Positions 1-11,838 of a DNA stretch of 64,000 nt are shown piece by piece. Every line of letters starts with the position of its first letter. The stretch's first letter is position 1. This DNA is from Paraphysomonas bandaiensis. Lineage: Eukaryota; Protista; Chrysophyceae. A model generated the notes under the pieces. The model saw nothing but the letters and a program-made list of their open reading frames with translations. It made no database searches and was not told the origin of the DNA. Made by a program: the position numbers and the translations under genes. The stretch lies in assembly GCA_965644295.1 (NCBI GenBank), contig CBFFRP010000287.1, positions 63,815 through 127,814 of the forward strand. Direction: 5' to 3'.

Positions 1-31
1 TTTCATATATAGTTCTTCTAGAATTATACTT

Positions 32-115
32 TAAGTACCGGATAGATTTCTTCGGAAAACTAACGTGAGCCGCAAACACAAAGAACGTTCTTCCCAATCA
101 TAGCCAAATGCTTGT
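32..115 (+). mobile_element. Internal fragment of the dispersed ribozyme-headed retroposon family (copy 0)
   Basis: TAAGTACCGG..GGAAAACTAACGTGAGCCGCAAACA..GCCAAATGCTTGT matches the copies at 442, 5291, 25228 and 36869; both termini are missing. Confidence 0.8.
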
Positions 116-1307
116 AATTGCAATTAAATTGCATGAATTTTACGTAACAATTGAAATTTAATTGCTCGCTGGAAGTTTGCAAAGAAATTGAAATTAATTG
201 GAAATTATTTCTCTGGAGACAATACCCATATGAATCCAAAGTTGGTCAGACTTATTGGTCTAAAAATTGATAAGATTGTGCCATTGATAGAATGCGCTTT
301 ACACAAACTGAACTTTGCTGTGCTTCTATGTTGTGAAGAGCATTACGCTGGGCTGATGGATAGCATTACCAAACTGTGCAAACAGCTCGTACTCTGAAAA
401 ATGCAAGCAAATTCATGAAACAAGACTTGCCATGTGCTCTTTCAAAAAAGTCGGACTCGCACCTTTTCATGGTGTTCTGGGGGATAAGTACAACGTTTAT
501 ATTTCTCCGGGAAACTAACGTTCTTCCCACTCATTGCCAAATGCTTGTGTGACACAAGGAACACTAATATATGTGTCACTTGTGTGTAGATGTCTTTGGA
601 CCTTGACGAATAGACAGGCACCAGGGACGGTGCTGCCTGCAGAAGTCAAGCATCCGGGCTGTTCACCTTAAGAACAGAGAACGAAAGTGGTTGCACCTTG
701 GTGTTTGTGGTGATGCACAAGCAGCTTTCGTAGCGTTAAATATAGTAGTATATCAGTGTTAAGCACTAGTTAGTTAAATTGTCTAGCTACATTAGCTCTG
801 ACTCTCACACGCCTATTGCGAATAATCAGACATTCACTACTACTATGTGCTCTTGTGAGGAATGACACTCGGTGGGGTTCCATATACCATGCTCCAAAGA
901 TTTTTGGAGTTCGCAGAAGATCTGGCCTGGTGCTATTTTGGCGATGCGGTGTCGACTAACCGACGAGAAGACACCAAGCGCACCAAGAACAAAGCGACTA
1001 CGACCAAACCAACTAAGTACAGCTGCTTGAAGTATATTTACTCCACTACTAATTATGTAGAAGGCGTTTCAGTAGAGCAAAATCAACATGAGTGATCTGC
1101 TCAAATTCATGGCATCTCATCGATTGGAGGCCCTTATGCTCTTGCGCTTTAATATTCTGTGTAAATGCAAGTACAGTTGCTCTTGCGCTTTAATATTCTG
1201 TGTAATGCAAGTACAGTTGAAGATGCTATTTGTGCTTGTAATGAGTAACTAATTCAATTATACAATAATTGGCAATTATAATTGCAATTCATTGTTACGC
1301 AACCCTG
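116..1307 (+). mobile_element. Decayed hAT DNA transposon (transposase pseudogene) interrupted by a retroposon
   Basis: hAT motifs in broken frames: GDN..N.KL..VPLIECALHKLNFAV (CxxH region), NDTRWGS, and dimerisation-domain TTNYVE/FSRAK..HRLEALMLLRFN. The right end is GTTACGCAACCCTG (CAGGG-type TIR); the left TIR is not seen. Confidence 0.8.
442..844 (+). mobile_element. Non-autonomous retroposon copy A with 10-bp TSD
   Basis: Flanked by ATGTGCTCTT at 432-441 and 845-854; ends CATTCACTACTACT; similar throughout to the other copies. Confidence 0.85.
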
Positions 1308-2731
1308 GTGCATACAAATCGATAATTTGAGTCGAACGGCATTGTGCGCAGTGAAACTATCTTTGCAGAACGCAACCTAATTTTAGCTAACTTCGGTTCC
1401 TCTACCGCCATGTGCATGTGGTTGCAATTCTACCGTTTTTACTGCACGAATAAAACATTTCTGAGTATTAGCTAGCTAGCAACGTGCGCGGTTTGCCTTT
1501 TGTCGTACTCCTTTGTATGCAATATTATCTACTTTTCAACAACAAAAACTGGCAAACCACATTGCCAAGTATTATGACCTCAACTTTATATAGAACTCCC
1601 GTTAGAGACATTGCACTGTCACAAAGCAAGCCCCACACATTTTGCGGGACCACAACATCTCGAACAGCTCTGAGGCATCTTTCCAATCCTACAAAACTCT
1701 TAAGCTTTCATTTCCTATCAATCTCGTCACGCATATTTTACAATAACTACCATCACCACAACAACACACAAGGTGGAGAAAACTTTAGAATTTTTCTTTT
1801 TCTTGTATCTGCCATTCCGCTACACTTCATATTTCATATTACGCCATCCATACACAGGAACTAAAGTTAATAAAATAGAATTGAAATATTGATATTTCTA
1901 TGTCCTCCTCAATCTTCTAAATATATTTTATTATTTATTCGGCAAACTGTGTGTGTCCACAAACCAACCCCATAAAATAACATCTGATTATTGTAATGAG
2001 CTATACTTAAGGAAGCTTTCTATGTCACAAGTAGAGGATAACACAATGCATGACAACTTTACCTATCTAGTCCTGAGAAGCAATTTCACTAAATAGTGGT
2101 ATCAGGAGTTCCTACAGTGTTTCTCCAGAGTTGCTAAGCATTACTGCAAGTGACATGCTGCAGCATACAAAGCACAATTGAATGCAAAACATCTTTATGA
2201 TGGGCAGTAGAAATATTTCAACCACTCTATTAAAGATGACCTCGATATATAGCTTCAAAAATTATGAATCTATAGATACAGAATATTGCGCAATATTAAG
2301 ATGTGGGTGAATTAGAGCGCATAGAATGACAGTGGTCGTATCGCTTCCTCCATTGCTATATCTGAGTTAATTACGAATTGCTGGTTAACTACATTAGCAT
2401 TCGTGATGCCGCATGTAACGAAAGCGAACATGAACATAGGTATTTCCCAATGACCTCTAATACATGAAGTACGAAATGGATCTAGAAGTGCATTCAATAG
2501 TCCGCATATTTAAATGATAGGAATATAGTTGCTGTATGCATGCCTTGTAAATATCTATGGCATGAATATGCGTGTCCCGAATAGCAACTGTGAGAGGATT
2601 AAATTCCTACTTTACGCAAGGTGTGTACACTAAAAATAGCGGTATTTTATGTATTGTGACCAATATATCCCGAAATTACGTATTGGACAGTGATTGTAAC
2701 GGTTGAAAAGGCAATTGGTGAAACTGATATC

Positions 2732-2789
2732 GACACATACACATATACATACACATACACACACTGCTGTATACCCCCCATACACACAC
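2732..2789. repeat. Imperfect (ACATAC)n/(AC)n microsatellite
   Basis: ACACATACACATATACATACACATACACACAC is visible directly. Confidence 0.7.
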
Positions 2790-3037
2790 CTCATCTGCAC
2801 TGCTCACTGCTGAGGCAGCAGAAGACGTGACTGAATTAAGGTATACAGCACGCTCCCTCACCCCTTGATTAAAGCTCTTAATAGTGAGCCATTTAAGCTG
2901 TTGTGTAATCTCGCATAGGGAGCATTTAATATATGCGCAGTCACAACTCGAAATATTTTGTGTAGTATCAAACGAAAAAAAGCTCATTGCTTCGACGTGA
3001 TTGTTGTCATAATTTAGCCGCTCTGTGTATTCGTGGG

Positions 3038-4863
3038 ATGTCGTTTACTGCATCATTTAGTTATAATCGCTTTTCTATAGATGATGAAATCGAAAGGTGT
3101 ACGCAGGAGGTGTTTGAAACCGTGTGGGCATCGTTTTCATCTGAAATTGATGTTAAGTGGGTGAAGACATTGGAGATTCCGTTATCAACTGAGATTGCTA
3201 TGCATAAACTGCATGAAGTCGTACATCTCGCTACTTTTATGCATGATGGAAATTTCACAGAGGGTGTTCCATTGGAACATTTTACACCAGATAAGGAGCC
3301 TGTGCCAATACCTGTCGATAACTGGGCGAGAGGAGCAGGTACGTCTAAATTGTAACGTAATTATGCAGCGCACTCATTTTTGCAATACAGTTCCGATTCG
3401 GCATATTGCAGCCGTTGATGACACAATGTATAAAGGAGATATGGGGAGTGATGGTACGAGAACACCGAGTGTGAGTAGTATGCGTTCGTCTACAACAGGT
3501 CGTACGAAGTCTTCATCCAGTAGTCACCATCGCGGTGCCTCTCGCGGAGGAGTTATGCGCACAGACTTTCACGATAACTCACCCAAAATCATTGAACTTG
3601 ATGACGAGTACTCATCAGTTCCTGGAGATTCTGGGAATATCAATGGTACAGGCTATATGTACGACATGCTTCAAAAAGCGGTAGGCACATTCGTACATGA
3701 TTTTCGAAGGAATAACCCATTTATTCAGAATAATCGATTGAAAAAACAAGCCCATGCAGATGATGATGTCAAGGATGAGTTCCAAACGCTTGAAGAAGAA
3801 GTACAACGGGCTGCTGCTGAACTGAAGGGGAAGAAGTATGCATTCGATCAAAACGGAAAGCCAATAACTATCAGCGTTGTTAAGCCAGATAGTCTTCCGC
3901 CGTATGCTTACCAGCCCTCTCTTAATGTCAACACTGAAAGTTCAAGTGACTCTTTGAAGAAAGGGAAAAAGACGAAGAAAAAGATTCGAGTTGCAGGCTC
4001 CCGAAGTGTCGATCACCCACAATTTTTGCCAACAGCATCACTGGCAACTGCACTTTCATCACATGCTTCAATATCGTTGAACCCTGGCGTAACCCTTCAG
4101 AGTGGTGACATTATTCGTGAGGGTCCTGTCCGTTCTGATGATCCAAAGGTAGTAGAGTAATTGACGTTGTTGTTTATAGTATCATTTCTGTGTTTAACAG
4201 AAACCGTCGAGGAAAGAGTTTTTCAATAGACAAGCTATGGCGCGATCCACAGCATCAAGTTTAGATATGAGCAACCGAATTGACCCTTCTTCACCTTGGT
4301 ATGACTCTGAGGGCGCTTCACCGACTGTTGGTAGTTCGACTGACGTAATGAAATCTGGTGGATCAATGCTCTCAACAAAAGATAATGTAAGCGCTAGCGG
4401 ATTTAGCACTGGGGCGCGGTACAAAGATATTGATCCAATGGAAGGGGCCCGAAAAATTTCACCGCAGCAAGACACTGAGAGTGCTGATGTGAAAACTACA
4501 GAAAACATTGAATCTGAAGACAACAGCATAAAGCAACGGCAGTACTCCCGTACTACTCAACCAAAACGCGTTGTTTCACAACCCATAAAGCCGACGCAGA
4601 AGCAACGAGAAATTGTGAGCTTACTGCATGGGGGAACAGAGAATGCTGGCCCCCGTGATAGAATTTCACATCATGCTCTTGAGTCGAGGAGAAAAATAAC
4701 CTTTGCTGAGCAACATTTACCTCGCAGTTTAAGTCCTACTGGTTCCCTAATGCAAAACTCGGCGTTGTCTAATGGGAATGACTCGCTTTCTGCAACGTCA
4801 CATTCTGTTAAGGGTGGTAGCGTGAAGCACGAACGACTGGATATTGCGAGAGAGATATTTTGA
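3038..4863 (+). CDS. Three-exon protein with a C2orf81/DUF4639-like N-terminal motif and a long Ser-rich tail
   Basis: ORFs 2987-3355, 3195-4160 and 4237-4863 join through GT-AG introns at ~3339-3390 and ~4149-4200. The spliced DKEPVPIPVDNWARGAVPIR resembles the C2orf81 EP..D.WA.G.VPV motif (family call from recall). Confidence 0.65.
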
Positions 4864-5290
4864 TGATATATTGAGCTTTTTGCGTTCTTGTGCTGGAGTT
4901 TTGTGTTGTAGTTGATAGTATTATACCATGTAGTCGAATAATAGTTTTAGTATTTAAGTAACCTCAATGCAGTGATTTTAAGTAGAAATACTCGCGCAGA
5001 TTCTAGCAGTACTGTGATAGACCACTTGACTTCGTGTTTCCTATGGCTTACGTATGTTGTGTAAAACTAGTAAGGGTTGTACTTAATACAGCACATACGT
5101 ATATAATAATTTGTGTGTATAATACTATGTGAAACTTAAAGTACTATATATTAATGTAATGATGAAGAGTGACCTTGTTTGGTCTTTAAGATTTACGACA
5201 TGCAGATTGAAGTAGCCGTAAAGGTTCAAATGTATACGATACTACTACGTGTGCATCACACATCGTACTGTACAATATATCAATATATAT

Positions 5291-5380
5291 CCCTCAATAA
5301 AGTCGGACTCGCACCTTTCGTGGTGTTTTGGGGGATAAGTACCAGAGAGATTTTCTCTGGGAAACTAACGTAAGCCGCAA
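5291..5380 (+). ncRNA. Putative HDV-like self-cleaving ribozyme at the retroposon 5' end
   Basis: Order of elements: P1 CCCTCAA/TTGGGGG, P3 CACC-TTTCGT-GGTG, AGTA/GAA-flanked P4 hairpin (CCAGAGAGATTTTCTCTGG), CTAA linker, then a 3' strand (CGT(G/A)AGCCGC) partly complementary to GTCGGACTCG. Folded by eye only. Confidence 0.6.
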
Positions 5381-5726
5381 ACATAGTCAGCAGATATTCT
5401 TCTGTCTAGTCATAGCCGAATGCTTGTGTGGTACAAGGGACACCAATGAGTGTCACTTGTGTAGACGTCTTTGGGCCCTGATGAATAAACAGACATCCGG
5501 GAATGGGCCCAACTCAAGGGCATCCGGGATAGGGCCCACCGGAAGGGTAACCGGGGATATTGGGCCGCCTAATGAAGTTAAGCAGCTTCCGTAGCGTTAA
5601 ATAGTAGGGTAAAAAAAGTGTGTATTGATTAGTTACAGGTAGAGGTCTAACTAGTTTGTCTAGCATTCATCCAGCTACTAAGTTGGTGCAGGTTTTTATC
5701 GCCTATTGCTAATAATAAGACTTTGA
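5291..5726 (+). mobile_element. Non-autonomous retroposon copy B, intact 5' end, 14-bp TSD
   Basis: Begins CCCTCAATAAAGTCGGACTCGCACC immediately after ATATCAATATATAT (5277-5290); the same 14-mer recurs at 5727-5740. Confidence 0.85.
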
Positions 5727-5773
5727 ATATCAATATATATTGTACTGTATACTGTATAGTATTGTATTTAGAA

Positions 5774-6066
5774 CCCTCAAAAAGTCGGACTTCCACCTTC
5801 TTTTCGTGGTGTTTTGGGGGATAAGTGTCGGAGATATTTATCCGGGAAACTAACGTGAGCCTGAAACATATGATAGCCAGCAGATAACGTCCTGCCTACT
5901 CATCTACTCATAGCCTAATGCTTGTGTATAGTCGTCTTTGGGCCTTGACAAATAAACAGGGATCAGGATGTAGGATATCATAGTTATGCACTAGTTAGTT
6001 AAATTGTTTGCTACATTAGTTCTGACTCTTCCATGCTTATTGCTAATAATAAGACATGTACTACTA
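5774..6066 (+). mobile_element. Non-autonomous retroposon copy C (shorter, internally deleted)
   Basis: Starts CCCTCAAAAAGTCGGAC and ends TATTGCTAATAATAAGACATGTACTACTA; any TSD is degenerate. Confidence 0.8.
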
Positions 6067-6478
6067 TAGTTTATTTGCTAAACATAAACGATGCTGCTAG
6101 CACAATTATTGTGAGTATGATCTACTAGTCATGTCAGATCCGAATACGAAAACTACGAATAAAGTGCAAGCCATAATCTAAAAAGCCCAATAATTTAATA
6201 AATTCCAATGACTCGACTGCTTACATTCTATTACTAAACAAGAAAAAGACTGTGCGCTCTTAGGCTCTTACCACTATAACGGTCTAAAACTATTCTCTAT
6301 TGATAACGTCTGTAGGCATAATAACACTATATAACCATTGCACAACATATGTACAGCTAAGTGTCAAATAAAACTAGAAGTATCACTACTAAAAACTACA
6401 ATGAACTCATATATGATAAATGAATTCAACTGGAGGACACTATCACAGTCCAAGGTATATGTACACTTTCAAAATACA

Positions 6479-7558
6479 CTAGCAACATTCCTCGGCCCGA
6501 TGTTGATGATAAGCATTATCATCTTTGGTATCGTACATCCACTCGTATTCAGCCAAATCGATACTGCCCCATGATATATCACGAGTATATAGATGTGCCG
6601 AGCCCAGGCCTTCTCTATGCGGCTGCGGTTGCGCATAGGTGAGTTGATCGTTGTCAGCAAAATCGCTGAGTAAAGATGAATTACGTAGAAGATAAGTACC
6701 ATCGACAACAGGTTCGACGAATTCTTCAGTAAAAGAATCAAAGTCAATAATATCTACACTTTCATTTCCGGAAGAATTGCTACTAAACAATTGCGGCGGA
6801 TCCTCAAAAATAAAATCATCGGGAATTAACTTCCTGTATGCCTGGTCACGCTGCTTTCGTTCTATTTTCAATGGAGAATGCTGTTGGTGCTTGGCTACTG
6901 TCTTCTTCCTGTACGGACGTTTTTGCTTGTTAGTTTTCTTCGCTTTCCACTTGTAGCGCTTCGCAGGGAGCACATTCCCCTCACATTCATAAATTTTTAC
7001 ACGATCACAGGTTGGGCGAGTTTGTCCCGAACCTGTGATATAGGTTGCTCCATAGCCCTCAACAAACTTTGGGACAACGTCCAATGCAACGCCTTTATTT
7101 TTTTTTGCTGGAATGATTTGAAATAGAATATGCATCCAGTTCGCTGTCTGCAGCAACCGCTGTCTCTCACGTTCATCTCGAACACTCATTTCAGGGTACT
7201 TCTCTAAAAAGTCTTCCATCGATTTGTACTTCAGATTTACTCCAGTTTCTGGCAAGGAGTTGATTAGGTGAAGAATTACCCGTAAGAAGCTGTTTGTAAG
7301 GGTATTTTTTCGAATTAATCCACGCACCAATTCACTAGTCGCATTCACGATATCGCTGAAACTGCCAGCACTGTTGGCCATAGTAGAAACTCGGGTAGCA
7401 TGCAGTATCAATGACTGCTGTTCAGCAGGTGATAAAACGTCAACGATGGACTTTTCAGCATCATACTTATGGGACCATGACTGGCGCAGTAAAGGAGGTA
7501 TTGTATTAGGATCATCAAATCCAATGGAGTTCGAGACAGATATAGCGGACGATTGCAT
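6479..7558 (-). CDS. Hypothetical 359-aa intronless protein with a basic NLS-like stretch and acidic C-terminus
   Basis: Uninterrupted ATG-initiated ORF with a globular core (ANWM..PAKKNKG..VEG..YITGSGQT..RVKIYE.EG) followed by KRYKWKAKKTNKQKRPYRKK. Confidence 0.7.
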   Translation of the reverse strand: MQSSAISVSNSIGFDDPNTIPPLLRQSWSHKYDAEKSIVDVLSPAEQQSLILHATRVSTMANSAGSFSDIVNATSELVRGLIRKNTLTNSFLRVILHLINSLPETGVNLKYKSMEDFLEKYPEMSVRDERERQRLLQTANWMHILFQIIPAKKNKGVALDVVPKFVEGYGATYITGSGQTRPTCDRVKIYECEGNVLPAKRYKWKAKKTNKQKRPYRKKTVAKHQQHSPLKIERKQRDQAYRKLIPDDFIFEDPPQLFSSNSSGNESVDIIDFDSFTEEFVEPVVDGTYLLRNSSLLSDFADNDQLTYAQPQPHREGLGSAHLYTRDISWGSIDLAEYEWMYDTKDDNAYHQHRAEECC

Positions 7559-8209
7559 ATTTTACCACTAAATACTATATATTATGAAAGAGATTCTCGG
7601 TACAGTAATCAGATAACCAGACACTCTCTGTGTACAACGAAACGGAGTTCTCAGAATCTGTAAAGAGAAAACAAAACGAATGGAGCCCTTCAGATATATT
7701 AAGAAAGGCAGATGTGTGGTTGAGTAACGTACTCAAGCGCGACGATGACAAGGGTATGGGTAAGGGATTGTTTGTGTGGAGTTGTGTTAAGTGTTCAAAT
7801 GACCGGAACTTTGCCCCCAAATATTGCCAGTCAGAACAAGATTCCCGGATATTTCTTCCATGTAATTGTAAGGACATTGTGTATTCCCGAACTTTTCTGA
7901 ATGTATGAGGTGTGAAAATTTCATTGGATGACAGAACTTTGGTGGGGGATCACAAAATACTAAAAAAACTGTATATTCCTGAAAAACAGTGATTTCCAGA
8001 AAAAAAAGAATACCGAATGAACAGCCTTACATACATACATGATATACAGTGCTACTCGACGTAATACACGTGAATACCATGGAATACAGTATACCATATG
8101 CATGCGTATAGGCAGCATACCCAACTAAGTCTATGATGATAGCATGAGCTAGATGGCCCAGCTGAATAATACGAGCTCGAACCAATATCGGTGACTCTAT
8201 TTGCCTCGA

Positions 8210-8558
8210 ATGGGAGAAAGTTCAGATAATTCACCACCTGACGGTAAGAGTGATGCCCGAGATAGCAGATTGGGATACATCCGCAAAACAGAAGAGGAGG
8301 CCATAAGAAAGAGACTGATAGCTGAAGCAAATGAGAAATGCCAAGACTTTTACCATGCCTTCGGAGAATGTGCGAAAGCTAACGGGGTACTTGTGGTGTT
8401 GAAATGCAGAAGAGAAAATCTCGCAAGTACTGTTGCATATCATTTACATTCCATGCATAACCTGATATTGTGCAGTTAGTACATGCATAGAGACACATTA
8501 TAACGAGGACGTGTTTCAAAAGTATATTCAGGACCGCGGACTAAAAGTTAGACCTTGA
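8210..8558 (+). CDS. CMC1: Twin CX9C cytochrome c oxidase assembly protein (Cmc1 family)
   Basis: CQDFYHAFGEC and, after one intron (~8427-8475), CRRENLAISTC give the twin CX9C; stop TGA at 8556-8558. Confidence 0.8.
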
Positions 8559-8779
8559 TTAGATTGTATTGTGACGCGTTTAGAAATTTGCTATTCCAAT
8601 TGTCAATCTGAATTAGTGCAATGACGAAGTGAAACGTAATTATCGGATGAAAGGAATAGTTTTTAAATTAGTAATACTGTACTAATTGCTAAGAAATAGG
8701 AGCCATAATTGCTTTTGCTCGGTAACCATGTGATATAGGAATTAAATGAACAGATCTTTCCATTCATATCACTGTAAAC

Positions 8780-9584
8780 CAGGGATAGGGAACAATATAT
8801 TGTATTGCAATACATTGTACAATATATTGCAATATATTGTAAAATATATTGATTGGTGGACTGGTCAAATATTCCATCAATAGTGCTTCTGTTAAAAGGC
8901 CTCACAATACTATTGCAATATATTGCAATCAATATTATGATAGTCATATAAGAAAAGATTCTCAACTGTAAGGTGCAAAATGGATATAAATAACAGAGAA
9001 ATTGATTACAACATTACAAAAGATGATGAAGCTGATGTTCAATGTTGACTACGCGAATAAAAATCTTCAGTCAGCTCAAAAAATTAAGAAACGTACAGAT
9101 CCACGAGTCATTAACGGTTGCCTGGCCCTGGTATGTACTTCCAATACATGGGAACGTCTGTTCAGCACAGCTAAACATATTATATCAGTGTTGTGCAAAA
9201 GTATCCATCCTACTTAATATGCTGTTGTTTCTGAAAGCTATTCGACAGTTATGGCCTGATACTAGCATATTTCAATTAATTCTGTGGATGAATATGGTGA
9301 TGTTGACGTCACCGATGATGGCTCAGAGGATGAGGACGAGGTGGATTTTTAGTAGCTATAAGCAGCAGTTGGTTTGGTTGTCATGTGATCTTTATGACTA
9401 ATACTAAAAATGAAATCTACGGATGTGTTTACTACTGATTAGTTATACTAATATATTGCAATACATTGACAATATATTGCAATATATTGTAATTGTATTG
9501 TGGGACCGGTTTAAAAAATCCAACAATACTATTGATGGAACGCTATCTAACAATAGTATTGCAATATATTGTTCCCAATCCCTG
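8780..9584 (+). mobile_element. Non-autonomous hAT element with intact TIRs and 8-bp TSD
   Basis: TIRs CAGGGATAGGGAACAATATATTG / CAATATATTGTTCCCAATCCCTG; TSD CTGTAAAC (8772-8779, 9585-9592); subterminal CAATATATTG repeats; dimerisation remnant TSNTWERLFSTAK..MLLFLKAIRQLW. Confidence 0.92.
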
Positions 9585-10923
9585 CTGTAAACTGTAAACT
9601 CCTGTATATCTACTTTCGATGTATTTTGAGTGGGTAAACTTTAACAACTGAACGCTGAACTCACTCAATAACTAATTAATAAAATATTATACAGTTTCTC
9701 CAGCATAATTTATATTATATAATTCATTCATGTATCTTCAGTTTAAAACAACTTTAGTCTTAAACTAACGGTCATAGTCACAGCGTACTACTAGTAAGGC
9801 AATAGCAGTGTATTCTATATATACCGCCATCTTGATATCCATTATTCTCAGCAATTTTATTGCTTACAAATACGCAAACTCAACACTTCCTATCCTTTTC
9901 TTGAAGCTTCTAAATTACACGAATAAAAATTGCGTTGTTAACCAAATCATTTACAGCTCTTGTATATGGTATATTGTTGACACTTATTCTGCAGTACGCT
10001 TACAAGGATTCAAAATGTAGGCCTCAGACTACTACCAAAAAACTAGATTTCAGATAGTACTCTCAGTTAAAATATTACACCCTGGATATAGCCATACTTA
10101 CAGTGATAAATAATAATACAAAACAAATTAAGTATTTTTAGGAAAATATATCATTAAGGATCATCTTATACAAAACTAAGCAACATTAAACTATCAATTT
10201 GTAGTAAATATATTTTTAGGAATGTTCCACGACTCGTCGTCAACGAAAACTTTCTTGCAACTTTTTTATATAAACTTTTATTTTATTGTGATTTTCATGT
10301 CATGAGATTAAAAAAATCATACGGCTGCATAAGGATGTATTATATGAATTATATCTCTGTATACATGCATATAATGTCCAAACGACAAAGCAATGAAACA
10401 ATTCTAGGGGTCAAACTTTTCAGTGTTTACACACCATTATCATCATCTTCTGGCTTCACAGTGTGAGCAGAGTAGAAATAGTCTACTATACTACAGCATG
10501 TATGATAATTGATTATGCCATCCACATAAAAAGTTTGTAATTGATGCACGTGTCCATTCTCTTTAGCCATTTGTCCAGATCTTCTTTGTACTTGTTTCGG
10601 ACAGCTATCGGTCTCAGTAGACGCTCCTTCAGGCCCAGATGATTTCCACTTTTTTAGCACCAACCATACCTTTAATCTCTTTGTCCAGTTTACCACACCA
10701 CACTGATAGAAGCTGTTCCAGTCCGAGTTGAAACTACTATCCAATAGCATATCAACATTTGACGTATGAACTATGAACAATGTACCTATAGGAATACTAT
10801 AGGCTGTTGAACTATATCCTATATCGGTACTAAACTCGTTTAGATTGTTTCCTTATTCCATACAGATTATTAGCTACTAGGAGTTCGGCGATTAAAAATG
10901 TAATTAAAATATACTATTAACAA

Positions 10924-11838
10924 TTAATTATGACTAAATAATACATTCCTGATGATACCCACGTGTGCCCCTTTGCTAACACATTTATTAACAAACCAGT
11001 AATCAGCATCATGCCAGTGCTGCGGCTCAGTCGGACTGGGCAGAGATGACACAAAGCTTATACTATACTTCTGAAGAAACTGAACACCGAAGAGAGCGCA
11101 ACCTAAATCCATTTTACCATTCTCTACCTCTACAGGCATATACGAATCTCTATGTAACATGTCTGTCAAAACAATATCGCTGTTAGTGCTCTGAATATAA
11201 TTTACAGTTTTCTCCATAAAATGGGGAGAATAGGAGTTATCGGCATTCGTAACTACTACATACTGGCATAATTTACATGTACTGAGCAAGTAGGCAAGTG
11301 CCTTATCCGTCAATATATAATGGAGGGGGCTGTTGACTGCACAATAGCGCTCCAAAGCTTGTGCACTCCAGTTTTCTTTGAGTTTTCTATCATACCATTC
11401 TGGTGTGCACAACGGTTGCAGAACACAGCAGTATGAGTCATATATGTCTTGGGAAAAATCCATGAATAAAAGCGATACTTTTCTATTTGTGTCAACGTTA
11501 TTTCCCCAGTGTTTTTGCAGTTTCTCCTTGAGTAATTTTATTGACTGGAATTCAGTAGGTACGATAACTGCCACTATATTGCTGTCAAAATATTGTGCCT
11601 CCAATGCCCATAGTAGAGACATCAAGGAGTCGGAATAATCTTCGTGTGATCGTATGATTACACCAACAGTTCCATTCTTCATTTTCAAAGAGTGTTCATA
11701 GCCTTGAGAATCAACAGAGTAATAACTACGAGCCTGAGTACGTAACGACATATCCTGCTTAGAGAATACAGCAGGGAGCGAGAATGATATTAAGACTGTC
11801 AATAAAATCATCATTACGAAATACATAATGAACTTCAT
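10924..11838 (-). CDS. Type II membrane GT-A fold (GT2-like) glycosyltransferase
   Basis: N-terminal hydrophobic anchor, YVVVTNADNSY (DxD-like), DLGCAL, DADYWF and C-terminal LFSHN; intronless. Confidence 0.7.
   Translation of the reverse strand: MKFIMYFVMMILLTVLISFSLPAVFSKQDMSLRTQARSYYSVDSQGYEHSLKMKNGTVGVIIRSHEDYSDSLMSLLWALEAQYFDSNIVAVIVPTEFQSIKLLKEKLQKHWGNNVDTNRKVSLLFMDFSQDIYDSYCCVLQPLCTPEWYDRKLKENWSAQALERYCAVNSPLHYILTDKALAYLLSTCKLCQYVVVTNADNSYSPHFMEKTVNYIQSTNSDIVLTDMLHRDSYMPVEVENGKMDLGCALFGVQFLQKYSISFVSSLPSPTEPQHWHDADYWFVNKCVSKGAHVGIIRNVLFSHN

Noticed and set aside
188-1095. ORFs 188-397 and 862-1095 as independent genes
   Set aside because: They are frameshifted fragments of the decayed hAT transposase.
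1138-1220. ~41-bp tandem duplication
   Set aside because: A local slippage duplication inside a dead transposon; no sign of function.
5478-5512. CTGATGA/CTGACGA inside the repeat as a hammerhead ribozyme core
   Set aside because: No stem II followed by GAAA and no matching cleavage triplet, and several copies read TTGACGA instead.
5328-5594. ORFs within the repeat family (also 25458-25679)
   Set aside because: Frames are not conserved between copies and there are no recognisable motifs.
9808-10780. AT-rich intergenic ORFs (9808-10020, 10427-10780)
   Set aside because: Non-ATG starts, no motifs and no supporting splice structure.
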